A stretch of DNA of 50,748 nt from Octopus sinensis. Lineage: Eukaryota. The stretch covers positions 1 to 50,748 of the forward strand of contig NW_021834300.1 in the NCBI RefSeq assembly GCF_006345805.1, written 5' to 3'. Position 1 is the first letter of the stretch; every line of letters begins with the position of its first letter. The notes below the pieces were generated by a model that saw only the letters and a program-made list of their open reading frames with translations, did not search any database and was not told the origin of the DNA. This document shows positions 12,346 to 25,747 of this stretch, piece by piece. Both the position numbers and the translations under genes were made by a program.

Positions 12346-12814
12346 TACTGAAAGCATATTGATAATATGGAGAATGAAATATTCGAACATTCAAACTTTA
12401 TGCTTATTAGTTACAGTTGGTTAACTCATAATAATTATTAGTCACATGTTTCGTTCGCAATTAATTACAAGTTGTTGTATATTTATATGAAGCGATTTAT
12501 GCATTGTTAGTACACTCTGTTCAGGGTGTATAACTGACATTGTTTAAACAGGAATTTTCCTCTGTTATTAGTTTGGATTAGGTTTGTTAGCATTAGTAGT
12601 AAGGTTCACATAAAATCAAATAATATAACGATCTCTGAAATCTACCGGAAACACCATGTGACTATAAAGAATGAAGAAGCATCCACAAGAAAAGTATTCT
12701 ATAAATAACCATTCCACAATGGACCACGAAAATTTGCCAATTTCAGCAAACACTGCTGCTTATGCTGTTGAGGTTTAGGTGACTGAAAGTGGGGCAAGAA
12801 ACTGTGAAACTATA

Positions 12815-12839
12815 TCTGTGTATATATATATATATATAT

Positions 12840-12923
<84 letters not shown>

Positions 12924-12935
12924 GATATATATATA

Positions 12936-12991
<56 letters not shown>

Positions 12992-13046
12992 TATATAAAT
13001 ATATCTAAATCAATCATCAACCATCAGATAATACCTAATATATTTA

Positions 13047-13121
<75 letters not shown>

Positions 13122-13130
13122 ATTTATATA
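12815..13130. repeat. (TA)n/(GA)n tracts
   Basis: direct reading. Confidence 0.9.
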
Positions 13131-13559
13131 TTCTTTGGATATGGTAGATGAGTTCAGCAAAAAATTAGAATCAGATGAATATGCTACTTAAGTTGAGGCA
13201 CCAGAATTTAGTACGGTATTATCCATACAATTACAAAGTAAGGTGATTAAGATGAAAATAAGCAACAAGGATATCCAGAGGTATATATATGTGTGTGTGT
13301 GTATGTATGTGCGCGCGTGTGTGTGTGTGCGTGTGTGTGTGCATGCATGTATATATATGTGTGTATATGTATGTATATCCTTGTTGGATATACATACATA
13401 TACATACATATTCTTGCTGCTTATTGTGATACGTATATATATATATATATATATAAGTTTGGATTTTATTCTCTCAAATAATAATTATATATATATATAA
13501 TATATATATTATATATATATATATATGTATGTATGTGTGAATACGCATGGGAGTTTATC

Positions 13560-13750
13560 ATTGTATCTGTGTATTCTCTGTCACAGTCTGCTAACCGGTG
13601 TTTGTATATTTACGTCTCTGTAAATTACTGATTCGGCAAAGCAGACAAATAGAATAAGTAGCTACCTTAAAAAGAAAACTAAGTGTTAGGATCGATTTAT
13701 TCGACTAATTAAAAGACTTGAAGTTAGTGCCCCAACATGGCCATACGTCA
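13560..13750 (+). mobile_element. degenerate SINE family B 3' module
   Basis: TTCGGCAAA...ATAGAATAAGTA...GATCGATTTATTCGACTAA...GTGCCCCAACATGGCC. Confidence 0.65.
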
Positions 13751-14807
13751 ATGTTTAGTTTATCCGCTCTCCTATAAAGCATCAAATTATCCCATACTTG
13801 GTAAACATTAAATGCATATCTCGCGTAAACACTATTTTCCCCGTATGATGGGGGCATTCTATGGAAAGGAATCGTAAGATTCATATGTAATCCGGACGAC
13901 TGTACCCCTGAAACGATCGTTGGAACACCTTATTCTCCTTTAACATGTTACCCAAAGCTCTTTTTAATGCCTTTTATTGTCTCTCTATTATATTTTGAAC
14001 TTTTAAGAATATTTTTTCTATATTTCATTATTATTTTTATCTATATTCTATCATTATTATGCTTACATAATATCTATATATCTAGATGTCCATGTATATT
14101 TTTCGAAGGGCTGAACACAAAAGGAACAAATTACAAAGTAGAGCTTTTCTTTTGGAGGAGAGAAAAAAAGGGGGATAGATTTTCAATCAAAAGGGATCGT
14201 AAAAAATAACCATCAATAGGGATCGTGTATCACAGAAATCAATTGAGTTTACAGTAAATTTACAACTTCAATATTCCCATTGCGTTTTACACGTTGATAA
14301 CGTTTGCGGGTCAATTGATTTTGGCACAAATATCTCTGTATATATTACGCTGTTTGTTTAAGAACATTTAAAATCTGAACTTATATTCGTTAAAATTGAT
14401 ATACCTACTTCTGTGATTTACCGTAAACATTTTTCCCCCTGTAAAGAGGCTGTACGCTCATGTGGAATGCGCACAATGTATATATATGTGCGTATATCTG
14501 CTAAAAGATTTGTGTTGATTCATGGAGTTCAAGCCGGTTGCTTCCAAATTAACATGTATGTCTATTTGCTTTGCGTATCTCCTTACATCACTCGCGATCC
14601 ATTCTTTAGCATTTTGATTCGAAATTCTAGATATTAATGACTTCTTTGCCTGGCCAGACGCTCTTTTATGCGAACGTGAAGACATCTTAACAGCCTGAGA
14701 CATGCTAATACACCATTGCCAAAAGTGTTATGTATGTGTGTACGTATATATTATATATACATGTGTGCGTGTGTACATGTGTGTGTGTGCATGTGTGTGT
14801 GCATGTG

Positions 14808-14839
<32 letters not shown>

Positions 14840-15126
14840 CGTACGTGTGTGTGTATAGCATGATGTGTTATTCTGCCAAACAGAAAAGGAGAAAATCTAA
14901 AAGATAGATAAATAATAATTCCACTAAAACACTGTGTTAATTAAGGCAATACGTTTTAATCAAAATTCTCAAATATACGTAATACATAATATATACATAC
15001 ATATATATATATACATACATACAAACATACAAACATATATATATATATTATAATAGGATATTATATATATATATATATACATACATACATACAATCATAT
15101 AAACATATATATATATATATGTACGC

Positions 15127-15168
<42 letters not shown>

Positions 15169-16817
15169 TATGTATTCTTACTGATTATATACATAATACA
15201 ACGATGTGAGATTTTTTTTTTAACAAAAGAAAAAATTTAGAATCTCGATTGAAGTTGTATCGACACAAACCAGTTTGGTAATCTATTATATTTTCTGGCT
15301 AGACACCAACATTATAATAACGCTAAAGTATTTTTCTTGCTCTGAGTTTTTTTTTTCTTGTCTTTATCCCGCATTTAATTCAAGAATTCTATTTCTTTCT
15401 CATCATCATTTATAATTTAGTTTTACTTTTTCATCTCTTTCTTTTTTTTTATTGCATTTCGTAAAAAAGAAAAAGTGTAGAAAATAGACAATTAAATCTG
15501 ATTTATCAAATTACCACAGTTAGAAATTTTTAAGATTGGAAAGAAAACAAGTTTTGTCTATTATTCTAGAAACTATTTATCCAGACTTATCAGCAAGAGG
15601 ATTCATTTTTTTTTTTTCGTTTTTAAATATAACAGAATCGTTCAAATTTTTTATTGCATTGTGTTATATCATCTTCATTTTCTTCCTCTTCTATTTCTTC
15701 TCTGTGTTCGAACAATGCTGGAGGGTAAAACTATTTAAATGTATGCAGACGAATTTTTACGCTAACATCTTTAACAATGTACCGAGTGTGAAGAGAGAAA
15801 ATGCAATTAATTCTAAACAGAATGTCACTTAAATCTGAACGTCCATTATACTTGAAGTTGAACGACCGCAGTTTTACGTGGCTCTGAAAAGGAGTGAACA
15901 CTTCTTTAATATACGTGAGGTTGGAGACCAGTTGTATCACAGACCGATGGAGATCTGCCGGCGGTAAACATGAAATTAAGTGAATGAATGAGACATTGAG
16001 TGCATAAAGTGGAGAAGTGTAGAAGTGAACGGAAATGGAGAGAGAGAGGCAGGGTTACCTGGTCTTGGTCAGGTGGTTAGTAACTAAACCAGTGCCGTAT
16101 TTGGCTTATCCACCCATTGAGGGGCTATCTAAATCCCCAGCAGTATCTTAATAAAACCTGTCAAAGCCGTATGAGTTCCTTGAGAAGAGAGGATGTACAA
16201 CGTCGGGGTTAGTAAGTACTTGATTGACTGTTACCCCAACATTTAAATATTGTATCGTTTCGGTTTCCTAAACCGAGTGGGGCGGAAAAGATTATCCTCT
16301 GCAACAAAAATATCGTGTCAACGATTTGATATAAAACAGCTTTAGACAGCAGGAGCATTCTAAAATTAACTGCCGTTAAATCATCCCTTACTGCAAACAA
16401 TAACAGGCACCAGCATCAGCAAGAACTTAATGGGCGAGTACGTGCTGGCTAAACCTACAAGATGCCCCTCAAATCTCATATAGGTATGCATATATTCAGA
16501 CATACATATGCACATACACAGATACATACATATAGACATAGACATACATATATATATATATAAAATGCATAGGCATATACATATATATACATATATACAT
16601 AGACATACATACATATAAACATACATACATAGACATACCGACATACATACATATATACATATATTCATAGATATACATATATACATACATGCATGCATGA
16701 ATACATACATACATACATACATACAATCATACATACATACATACATACATACATCATAGCTGCACAGTCGTTACACAAGAAAAGCCATTATTAAGAAAAA
16801 CATACTGAAATGATTCG

Positions 16818-17613
16818 TTATTGAGGCCATGTGATGCTTTTATATGACTTAAATCCAGCCAAAATTTTACACATTTTCTTGCATACTGTACAGCTGTTCT
16901 GGCTGGCGGAAGAAACAGGAGCCACCGTATGCATTCTCTTCACGTATCTTCTCAGACCTCCAAAGCAGAAGCACACCCTGTTGTGAATTGTAATAACCAC
17001 ATCACTGTTTATCATGGGCCGATTCCTGTGAGATGTTTGATGGTTGACAAAGTTTGCCCGACTAAAACACCTCCTCCCACAAACCACACACGCAAAAAGC
17101 AAAATTCATTCACTCTCCACAGGTTCCCTTCTTCTAAGCTCCCTTTCTAATTCTTTCATACTTCATTTTCTCCCTCTCAAACCCCAAACAATCACTATGT
17201 ACTTTCATCTATCCCAGTCCAGTACCTTCCTCTCCCAATCGCCAACTGCAATCCCTATCTTTATCAGAGCATTTTAAAGGCAATCCTTAAACCTTAGTTT
17301 AGGCGTATTCGCTGGTCACGTGCCGTCTTCCAGCTCACCATACAATAGCTGCTTGGGCAGTCTCTCATCCCTCATCCTTACCAGGTGTTCCCTCTGCCAC
17401 CTCAAACATTTTTTGCAGAATTATTGACTCTATACTTCTACTGCCGCTCCTCTCAAGCACCACCACAATACATTTGACAATTTTCCAGTTTATCCCCCAC
17501 CAATTTTTCTCAAACAGTATTGATGCTGTCGTTCCAGTTGCCTTAAATGTCTACGTGTCTACGGTGAATAAGCCATGCCTCGCTCCCATCTAGCAAAGCT
17601 GGCAGGACGCACT
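16818..17613 (-). mobile_element. 3' fragment of an RTE-clade LINE (decayed ORF C-terminus)
   Basis: minus-strand relics CVLPALLDGSEAW, HLVRMRDERLPKQLLYGELEDG and PKLRFKDCL are typical RTE C-terminal motifs; followed by CVVCGRRCFSRANFVNHQTSH (C2H2-like); multiple stops. Confidence 0.88.
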
Positions 17614-17619
17614 AAACGC

Positions 17620-17935
17620 TGGCTGCGTTTTGTGAGTAAAAGGCTTGCTTCCTAACCATGTGTTGCTGGGTTCATTTCATCAATGCCGTGCCTTGGGTGT
17701 CTTCAACTTTAGTCCCAGCCCAGCCAATGCCTTGTGGAAGGATTAGGTTGATGAAAACTGAAAGAAGCATAATTGTGTGTGAGTGCGTGCGTGTGTGTGT
17801 GTGTGTGTGTACCTTTGTATTTGTGTTGTATTTCTCCTCCACTACCACTTGACAACCGGTATTGTTTTGTTCATGTCCTCGTCGAGTGGTTCGGCAGCTG
17901 AACGGATATAATAAGTAAGTGCTGGACTGATTATA
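17620..17935 (+). mobile_element. degenerate SINE family B
   Basis: CTTGCTTCCTAACCA...GGGTTCA...CCTTGGG...AAACTGAAAGAAGC, central (TG)n, CTTGACAACCGGT...GGTTCGGCA. Confidence 0.7.
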
Positions 17936-19279
17936 AGTAATCAATAAAACACATAACTACACACATAATATATGCATAAATACATACATATATTCATAAT
18001 CAGACTGATGTTTTTACTTAACAATAATTATGTTAACGGTGCATTTTATTTAATTTCTTAACAGAGTTTTATACAACAGTCTTCTTGCTCGATGTAAATT
18101 GAGAAGGTGAGTTAAGAATTATGAGATGAATATGGACTTCTGTAACAATTTGTGTCGTCAATTTTACAGCTGTATGTTTACATTAAGAGCGACAAATTAG
18201 ATTAGGAGGTATGCATTAAGTTCTTAAAAGTTCATTTGATTGTTTTCGTGGGAAAATCAATTAAGTCTCGTTGTGTGAGACTTTTAAATATACGCAAACA
18301 TAGTTATTGGATTTGAGTACAGATTAAGTAGATATAGGTCTACACACGTTTGTATTACCGTTCGCTTAATATTTAAGATTAGTGTTTGTGTGCGTTGTGT
18401 TGATTGAAATGTTGTAGTAACACTTGAAAATAAATCATACATCATATTGAAGTATTGAAATAAATTTCCATATATTATATTATATAACTTCAGAAACACT
18501 TAACCATTCTGTTAATACATAACCGTCTTTGACCATTATATATAATCGTCAGCGGTGATTCAAAGAGAATTGTAAAGGTATTTTTGTTTATATATAATAC
18601 AGCACAGAAGGTAGTGTTACGTGCAAGCAATGAAAACATTAAGAGCTTCGTAGCTGCTAGAAATAGTAGCCAGAATGCTGTGTGAGTTGATCCCTACGTG
18701 GATACGTCTTCGTTTCTGTTGTAGTTGCTTTATTCTTGAAGTTAAGGAACCAGTTGATTATGGCGGCGCCGAAACCCTGTTCGATCAACTCCGTGGACTT
18801 TTTGATGATGTGTATCAAATCAGCTTCGCAGTTTGCAGTGGGAATCTCCGTGATTCACAGCTAAATTTGTGCACTGGTATGCTGGTGGTCGGGTCAGGGT
18901 CACGAACAACTTGCCTTTACAGAACATGTGCTTGATCACATGCACGGTTTTCTCAATAAGGCGTCTTAAATAAATCATCTTTTATAGTTTTTTGATGTTC
19001 TTCGGTAAATATGACATAGGTTGCCGTATCATATTCAGTTGACATTTGTAAATAAATCCTGTTTTAAATCACTGTTTTATCGTTGCATTTCGTGGAGAGC
19101 AAATATGTGCATATGTTCGCTAGTTATGTATATTTGAAATGCATTCTTTCCCTTTATATAATCCAAGTAGGCATTGATCATAGCCCTGACAAATAGCTAG
19201 TTCTTCGTTGAGCACACTCAAACAAAGAATGCCATTGATAGATGAGTTACGGATATGATTTATCATATTCATAAATACA

Positions 19280-19286
19280 CACGCAC

Positions 19287-19342
<56 letters not shown>

Positions 19343-19700
19343 GTATGTATATATGTATGTATATATATATACATATATATATGTACATACGTATATATAT
19401 GTGTGTGTGTGTGTGTGAGTTTGTGTATACATACAAAAACATCTATATATGTATATATATGTATATATTGCAGATATACATATATATATATATACATATA
19501 CGCATATACCAACGTATACATGTATATATGTCGGCATATTAAATATGTGTGTATATATGTATATGTATGTATGTATATATATATATCTATATATATATAT
19601 ATATATATATATGTACATATATATAAATATATATACACATGTATATATATATACATATATATACACGTGTGTGTGTGTGTGTGTGTGTACATATATTCAC
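19280..19700. repeat. degenerate (TA)/(TG)/(TATG) low-complexity tract
   Basis: direct reading. Confidence 0.9.
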
Positions 19701-19989
19701 ATGTGCCTAAAGAATACAAGTGTACACCATTATAGAAATTGCTAGGAAATATTTTATACTGAAAATTAAAGTCGAGTTTTCAAAGTGACATTTGAAAGCC
19801 TTTCAAGTTTAATTTGCGAGTAAATCTATATTTTATGTCATTCTTTGAAAGGGAACACTTATTTTCTCTAAATTGATTTGAAATGTTCAAGAATTCTGTA
19901 AAACGTAATAATGGTTGGAACTGTATTGTCAAACATATGTTGGTTTTTGAAGGTCTTTATTTTAATTTGCTGCTTTTGCAGTTGTTATT

Positions 19990-19990
19990 G

Positions 19991-20064
<74 letters not shown>

Positions 20065-20078
20065 ACTACTAGTAATAC

Positions 20079-20130
<52 letters not shown>
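19990..20130. repeat. compound (CTA)n(CTG)n(TTA)n microsatellite
   Basis: direct reading. Confidence 0.95.
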
Positions 20131-20134
<4 letters not shown>

Positions 20135-20435
20135 GTATATGCATATATATATGTGCATATATGCACATTTATATATTTACACGTACAAAAGCGCATATGC
20201 ACATATAAATACACACGCGCAAACATACACATATACAGTTTCATGTATACATGAACGTGTTAGTGTGTAAGCCAGTGTGTGTGTGTGGGGGGGGGTAATT
20301 TGGAAGAACGAGGTGAGAACTCAATATGTATGTAAATATATTGGACAACTTAAGTTATATATAAATATACACACATTATATACGTATAATTCTATGAATA
20401 TACATGTATATATTCTTTCTATATATAAATGTGTG

Positions 20436-20469
<34 letters not shown>

Positions 20470-20575
20470 ATATATATATAATATATATATATGTATGTAT
20501 GTATATATATATGTATGTATGTATATATATATGTATATATGTATATACACATATATATATATGTGTATATATATG

Positions 20576-20623
<48 letters not shown>

Positions 20624-21562
20624 ATACATACACACTCATATATATATAACTGAAAACCAAGGGGAGAGTGGATATTTATTCACATTCAAATCTTTTTTTC
20701 AAGCATTCTACGGTTTATATAACAGTGACCAACATATGTTGCAAGTGCAGCAACCACACAGTGCTCCGTATGCAATTATGCATCTTATTCGTTGCAATGT
20801 CATCAAGGGTCCATCACTTATGACGTTTTCAAACTGAACCAATTCAAACAAGCGTCCTAGGTCGGTAATCTGTTGAAGGTTTAAAGCGTTATTTTTTAAA
20901 ATCAAATTGAATTCTCGTCTTATAATCATTTCTACTGGTATTACAGTTGAAACGTTGTTTTAAAATGTTTATTAGATTACAATTAATTGGATCACTTTTA
21001 TTCACATTTTACTGTACGGAGTATATTATTTATTCAAAGGTATTTTACTTATTTTGGGTTTAGACCCTCAATTAATCTTATTGTTATTATTATTATAATT
21101 ACATTTCTTTCTATTATTTGCATAAATATTATCAAAATCATTATTTTAACTAGTATAATTACTATAGATGGTACATTATGTTTTTTATAAACCGCTTAAA
21201 CATATATTTTATCCAGTGCTGACATCTCATAACCTGTTCGCGTCTAGTGTTTATATAAGTAAACTTAGAAGTGAAAATTTGACACATTTCCTCCTCACAA
21301 AAGTCAAATCTAGTATCACGTATTCTATAAGGCTTTGCTTTACTAATTATTTCCCCTGCAATCGAAAATACTTTGTTACTATCTTTTAGTGCAGAAATTA
21401 GCTTACTGAGGCTGCTAATATTAAATTATTGGCAATTCTCTGCTTAATATAACATGAGCTAACTCCTGTATAAAAACACTCTCTATTCTCCGAGGTAATC
21501 TTACATCTGTATTTGATATTTTTAAGCATACAATTAGAGTTAAGCGCACATACACACATATA

Positions 21563-21710
21563 CGACTAGTTTCTTGTAGCTTCTGTCTACCGAATCCACT
21601 GACAAGTTTTAGGTCAGCCCGAGGCTATATTAGAAGACACTTGCACAAGTTGCCACGCAGTGGGACTGAAACGTGTAGATGCGAACCAAACTACTTACTA
21701 CACAGCCACA
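21563..21710 (-). mobile_element. SINE family B 5' module
   Basis: GCCCGAGGCTATATTAGAAGACACTTGCACAAGTTGCCACGCAGTGGGACTGAA...CTACTTACTACACAGCCAC. Confidence 0.8.
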
Positions 21711-22944
21711 TGTATGTATGTATATTTGTGCAGCACCATATTCCGTATAGTCGTATGCTGACTTTCAACAAGACTCTACGGAACTCCTTCGGGAAGATTG
21801 TGAAATGCTGAAAGGAAGAATTAGTATTGCACTTCAAAGTATTACAACAGTCCGTAGCATATTGTATATATGTGGCATCTAGCAAAATGAATCCACAGGG
21901 ATACTGAATCCTCTCCCCTTCTTTTCTAAATTGCACAGTTCTTTCTTCAATTTTCCATTGATGTGTACTGCAGTCTCAACAGACAAAATGCATTCTCACT
22001 TGCGTAATTCAGCCCTTCCGATCCAAGGTGCAAGGGGATGGATAAGAATTACATTTAGGTGCATAAACATGCATGGAAAGCTTTAAAAAATACTTACAAT
22101 GGGCTTAGGAAAACATCTGAGATTCGTTATTCATAGTTTTGTTTAAATTCATATCATAAAATACTAATCTATGAGAATATCTTCTTAGTCTGCACTAAAT
22201 GAAGAGGGAGAGTTGATACCATTCAGGTGTCAGGTAAAATATGCTAAACAGCAAAGTTACATTGAAAATCGTCACCCAACAAGCCAGTATGATTCGGTAT
22301 GCTGTGCTCTGCATGCGTTGCCTGTTTTAGATTCCTATGAAGTGGAGAACTAGTGACAGAGATTGCATGATTTTCACTTTTGGCCGAGAAGACGGGACTC
22401 AAGTGGAATTCTCTGCTCAAACTCTCCACACTTCACTGCCCAGACCAGAAATCAAACTTTATGTCTTATGATAAAGAGCTTAATATGCTAATCAAAGGGC
22501 AACGTGTTTTCACAAAGGAATGCTACCAAAGCAACTTCAGTCCAATAATTTGTGTATAACCAACGCATTCTACACCTGCATCTGATCGATATTCATAAAA
22601 ATTGTCATGGCATTCTTAAAATACATACATGTATGTATAATAATATAGGAATATAAATACACACAAACTCGCGCGCGCGTGCTCGTGCGTATACCTGTAT
22701 GCAGCTAGCGGTCTATGATGTTTTATCTTCTGTGAGAGTGTGTGTTTGTGTGCGAATATGAGTGCGCTTGTGTTGTATATTTTCAATTTCGCATTTGGGA
22801 TTTATAAAATTTATTCACATCTGCCTTTGCTTTTCAATGTTTGGCAGTTGCTTCCTCTTCTAACAAACAAATAAATAAATCATCATTATTTTTATCATGA
22901 CGCAAAAAACCATTATCATGAAAATCATTATTATCATTATTTTT

Positions 22945-22946
22945 AT

Positions 22947-22998
<52 letters not shown>

Positions 22999-23000
22999 GC

Positions 23001-23041
<41 letters not shown>

Positions 23042-23056
23042 GTAATACTAATAATA

Positions 23057-23103
<47 letters not shown>

Positions 23104-23170
23104 TTATCATTAGTAGTAGTAGTAGTATTACTATTATTATTATAGAAATCATTATTATTATCATTATTAA
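22945..23170. repeat. compound (ACT)n(AAT)n(AGT)n microsatellite
   Basis: direct reading. Confidence 0.95.
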
Positions 23171-24120
23171 ATATATATGGATATATATATGCCATACATA
23201 TATATCCATACACACACACACATATATGTGTGTAAATAAATAAATATATATATATATGTATGTATGTATTTATGTATTATCTACGTATCTTATAGCGATA
23301 TATACAAATATATACACACACACACACATATATTTATATATATATATACACATATATACATACATATATGCATATATATTTACATATACATACATATATA
23401 TCCATAGAGAGCTCTCTAAGGAAAAATCTATAACAGTAATTACCATAATAATAATTATGTACATATATAAAAACATATATATATATATTTATAAAAACAT
23501 ATATATATATATATATTTATACATATATATATATTTATGTATATACATATACACACACATATATATGCCCATACATATATATCCATATACATAATTATCA
23601 AACTTATGTTCAAGTGTAATCACTGAAATTTATGAAGTGTAATGAAAATGTTTAAGACTGTCTCAGATGTCACTATCCGTTACACAACACAACAACAAGT
23701 GAACGGTAATTTTACTGACAGCCAAAATGGCTGTCCATATCTGTAATTTATAGAAAATTTTTACGATCGCTTTTGATTGTGTAGTTCGTTCTTTATGACA
23801 TCTATATTTATTGTCTTGATGTTACACAAATGGTCGGGGAAGAAGGGATTGCATAAACTGCGACTTATTTCATACTTTCGATACGTAATTATTGTTGTTC
23901 CAGGAACTGAATCTTGAGAGCTGAATCTTGAGAGCTGCATCGGTTGTACATACGTACAGTCGAACTACACACACACACATACACACACGCACACACACAC
24001 ATACGAACACGCACACAAGCACAGCATACACACACACTCATATATATATATAATATATAATAATATATAAAATATATATATAATATATATATATATATAA
24101 TTATATATATAATATATAAT

Positions 24121-24299
24121 ATTTATATATAGAGGGCATTATACATACATGCCAGAAGGCATTATACATACATGCCAAACGCTAAGAGGGACTATTAGTC
24201 ATTTCTACCAAATGGTAAAATGACTAATTGTCCCTCTTAGCGTTTGGCATGTATGTATAATGCCTTCGCATGTATGTATAATGCCCTCTATATATAAAT
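24121..24299. repeat. ~180 bp near-perfect palindrome
   Basis: arms are reverse complements around TACCA-AA-TGGTA (24206-24217), with one mismatch and two small bulges. Confidence 0.95.
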
Positions 24300-24436
24300 T
24301 AATATTATTCAATAATAAGAAAATTATTTTCGAAATTTTTCTCTTATGAGGTTTTTACGCTATCTACCTGAACAATTTCTTGTTAAGTTTTCCTTATTAA
24401 GTAGTTGTCCTAATTGCTAATTGCTATATAATATAT

Positions 24437-24467
<31 letters not shown>

Positions 24468-24496
24468 AATATATATAGAGAGAGAGAGGAGAGAGA

Positions 24497-24572
<76 letters not shown>

Positions 24573-24850
24573 GCGACAGAGAGATTCACACCACAAAACC
24601 CTTTCGATCGAGCAACACCGATTCCACGGCATCATGATTTGAAATGACTAAATATGAACTGACAGTGTTGGAAATTACACACCATATGCAGGAATCTTTT
24701 TACCACTTCTATACACCATTTTCCTCGAATAATGTAACTGCAACTACAATATCTTTATATAACTTACTTCTGCTTTCATTCTCTTATTTCCCCTCTATAT
24801 CCACTATCTCCTTTTCCACAATAATTCGAACTCAAATATTTTCTCACACC

Positions 24851-24898
24851 GTTTCTGATGAAGGGATATCCATAATATCCCAGAAACAGCTGTAAAAC
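24851..24898 (+). ncRNA. type-I hammerhead ribozyme motif
   Basis: GTTT-CTGATGA-A-GGGATAT-CCATA-ATATCCC-A-GAA-ACAGCTGT-A-AAAC: canonical core, 7 bp stem II, palindromic stem III, stem I GTTT/AAAC, predicted GUA cleavage after 24894. Confidence 0.75.
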
Positions 24899-24961
24899 TA
24901 TTTCATTATAAATGTCCTGAAAACTCCTCACAGCCTTGGATTTGTTATCCCATTCGGTCTG

Positions 24962-25026
<65 letters not shown>

Positions 25027-25030
<4 letters not shown>

Positions 25031-25207
25031 CTACCCACAAAGGGGCTAAACACAGAGGGGACAAAGAAGGACAGACAAACGGATTAAGTCGATTACATCG
25101 ACCCCAGTGGGTAAGCAGTACTTAATTTATCGACACCGAAAAGATGAAAGGCAAAGTCGACCTCGGCGGAATTGAACTCAGAACGTAACGGCAGGACGAA
25201 ATACGCC
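25027..25207 (-). mobile_element. 5'-truncated SINE family A
   Basis: revcomp of the body and tail of the copies at 29996 and 34052. Confidence 0.9.
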
Positions 25208-25444
25208 TTTTACCACACACACAACGCACACAACACCAAATATATATATATATGTATATTATATATATATATATATATATATACATACAATACAGTACAT
25301 ACATACATATATAACATCATACATACATACATGATACTCATACAGACATACATATACATACATATACATACATACATTACATATACACACACACATACAT
25401 ACATACGCATAAATATATATATGTACAGATATATTTTTTTATTC

Positions 25445-25542
25445 TTTTATTTGCTTCAGTCATTTGACTGCGGCCATGCTGGAGTGCCGCATTTAGTCCA
25501 GCAAATTGAGCCCAGAAATTATTCTTTGTAAGCCTAGTACTT
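25445..25542 (-). mobile_element. SINE family B 3' end
   Basis: TTCAGTCATTTGACTGCGGCCATGCTGGAG...TTATTCTTTGTAAGCCTAGTACTT. Confidence 0.85.
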
Positions 25543-25549
25543 TTCCAGT

Positions 25550-25747
25550 CAGATCAGTGAGGTACTGAATGACCAGTTCAAAAGTGTCTTTACCATCACG
25601 TTGGAATACAGACCAGTGAACGAACCAGCGAGGCAGTCACGATGGATTTCATCGATATTAGGGAAGAAGATATACTCCTAGCCATGGATGAGGTGGACGC
25701 AAATTCAGCTGCTGGTCCTGATGGTTTCCCAGGAAACCGCCTCAAAT
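25550..25747 (+). mobile_element. LINE ORF2 fragment (CR1/L2/Jockey-like, endonuclease-RT linker)
   Basis: reads QISEVLNDQFKSVFT, then after a frameshift MDFIDIREEDILLAMDEVDANSAAGPDGFP (xxGPDG motif). Confidence 0.75.

Noticed and set aside
16818-17102. Host C2H2 zinc-finger gene
   Set aside because: Directly continuous with RTE LINE motifs and surrounded by stops
19120-20837. Long IY/CV/HT-rich ORFs
   Set aside because: Dinucleotide repeats lack stop codons; not genes
23907-23937. 14 bp tandem duplication CTGAATCTTGAGAG
   Set aside because: Real but an ordinary slippage product
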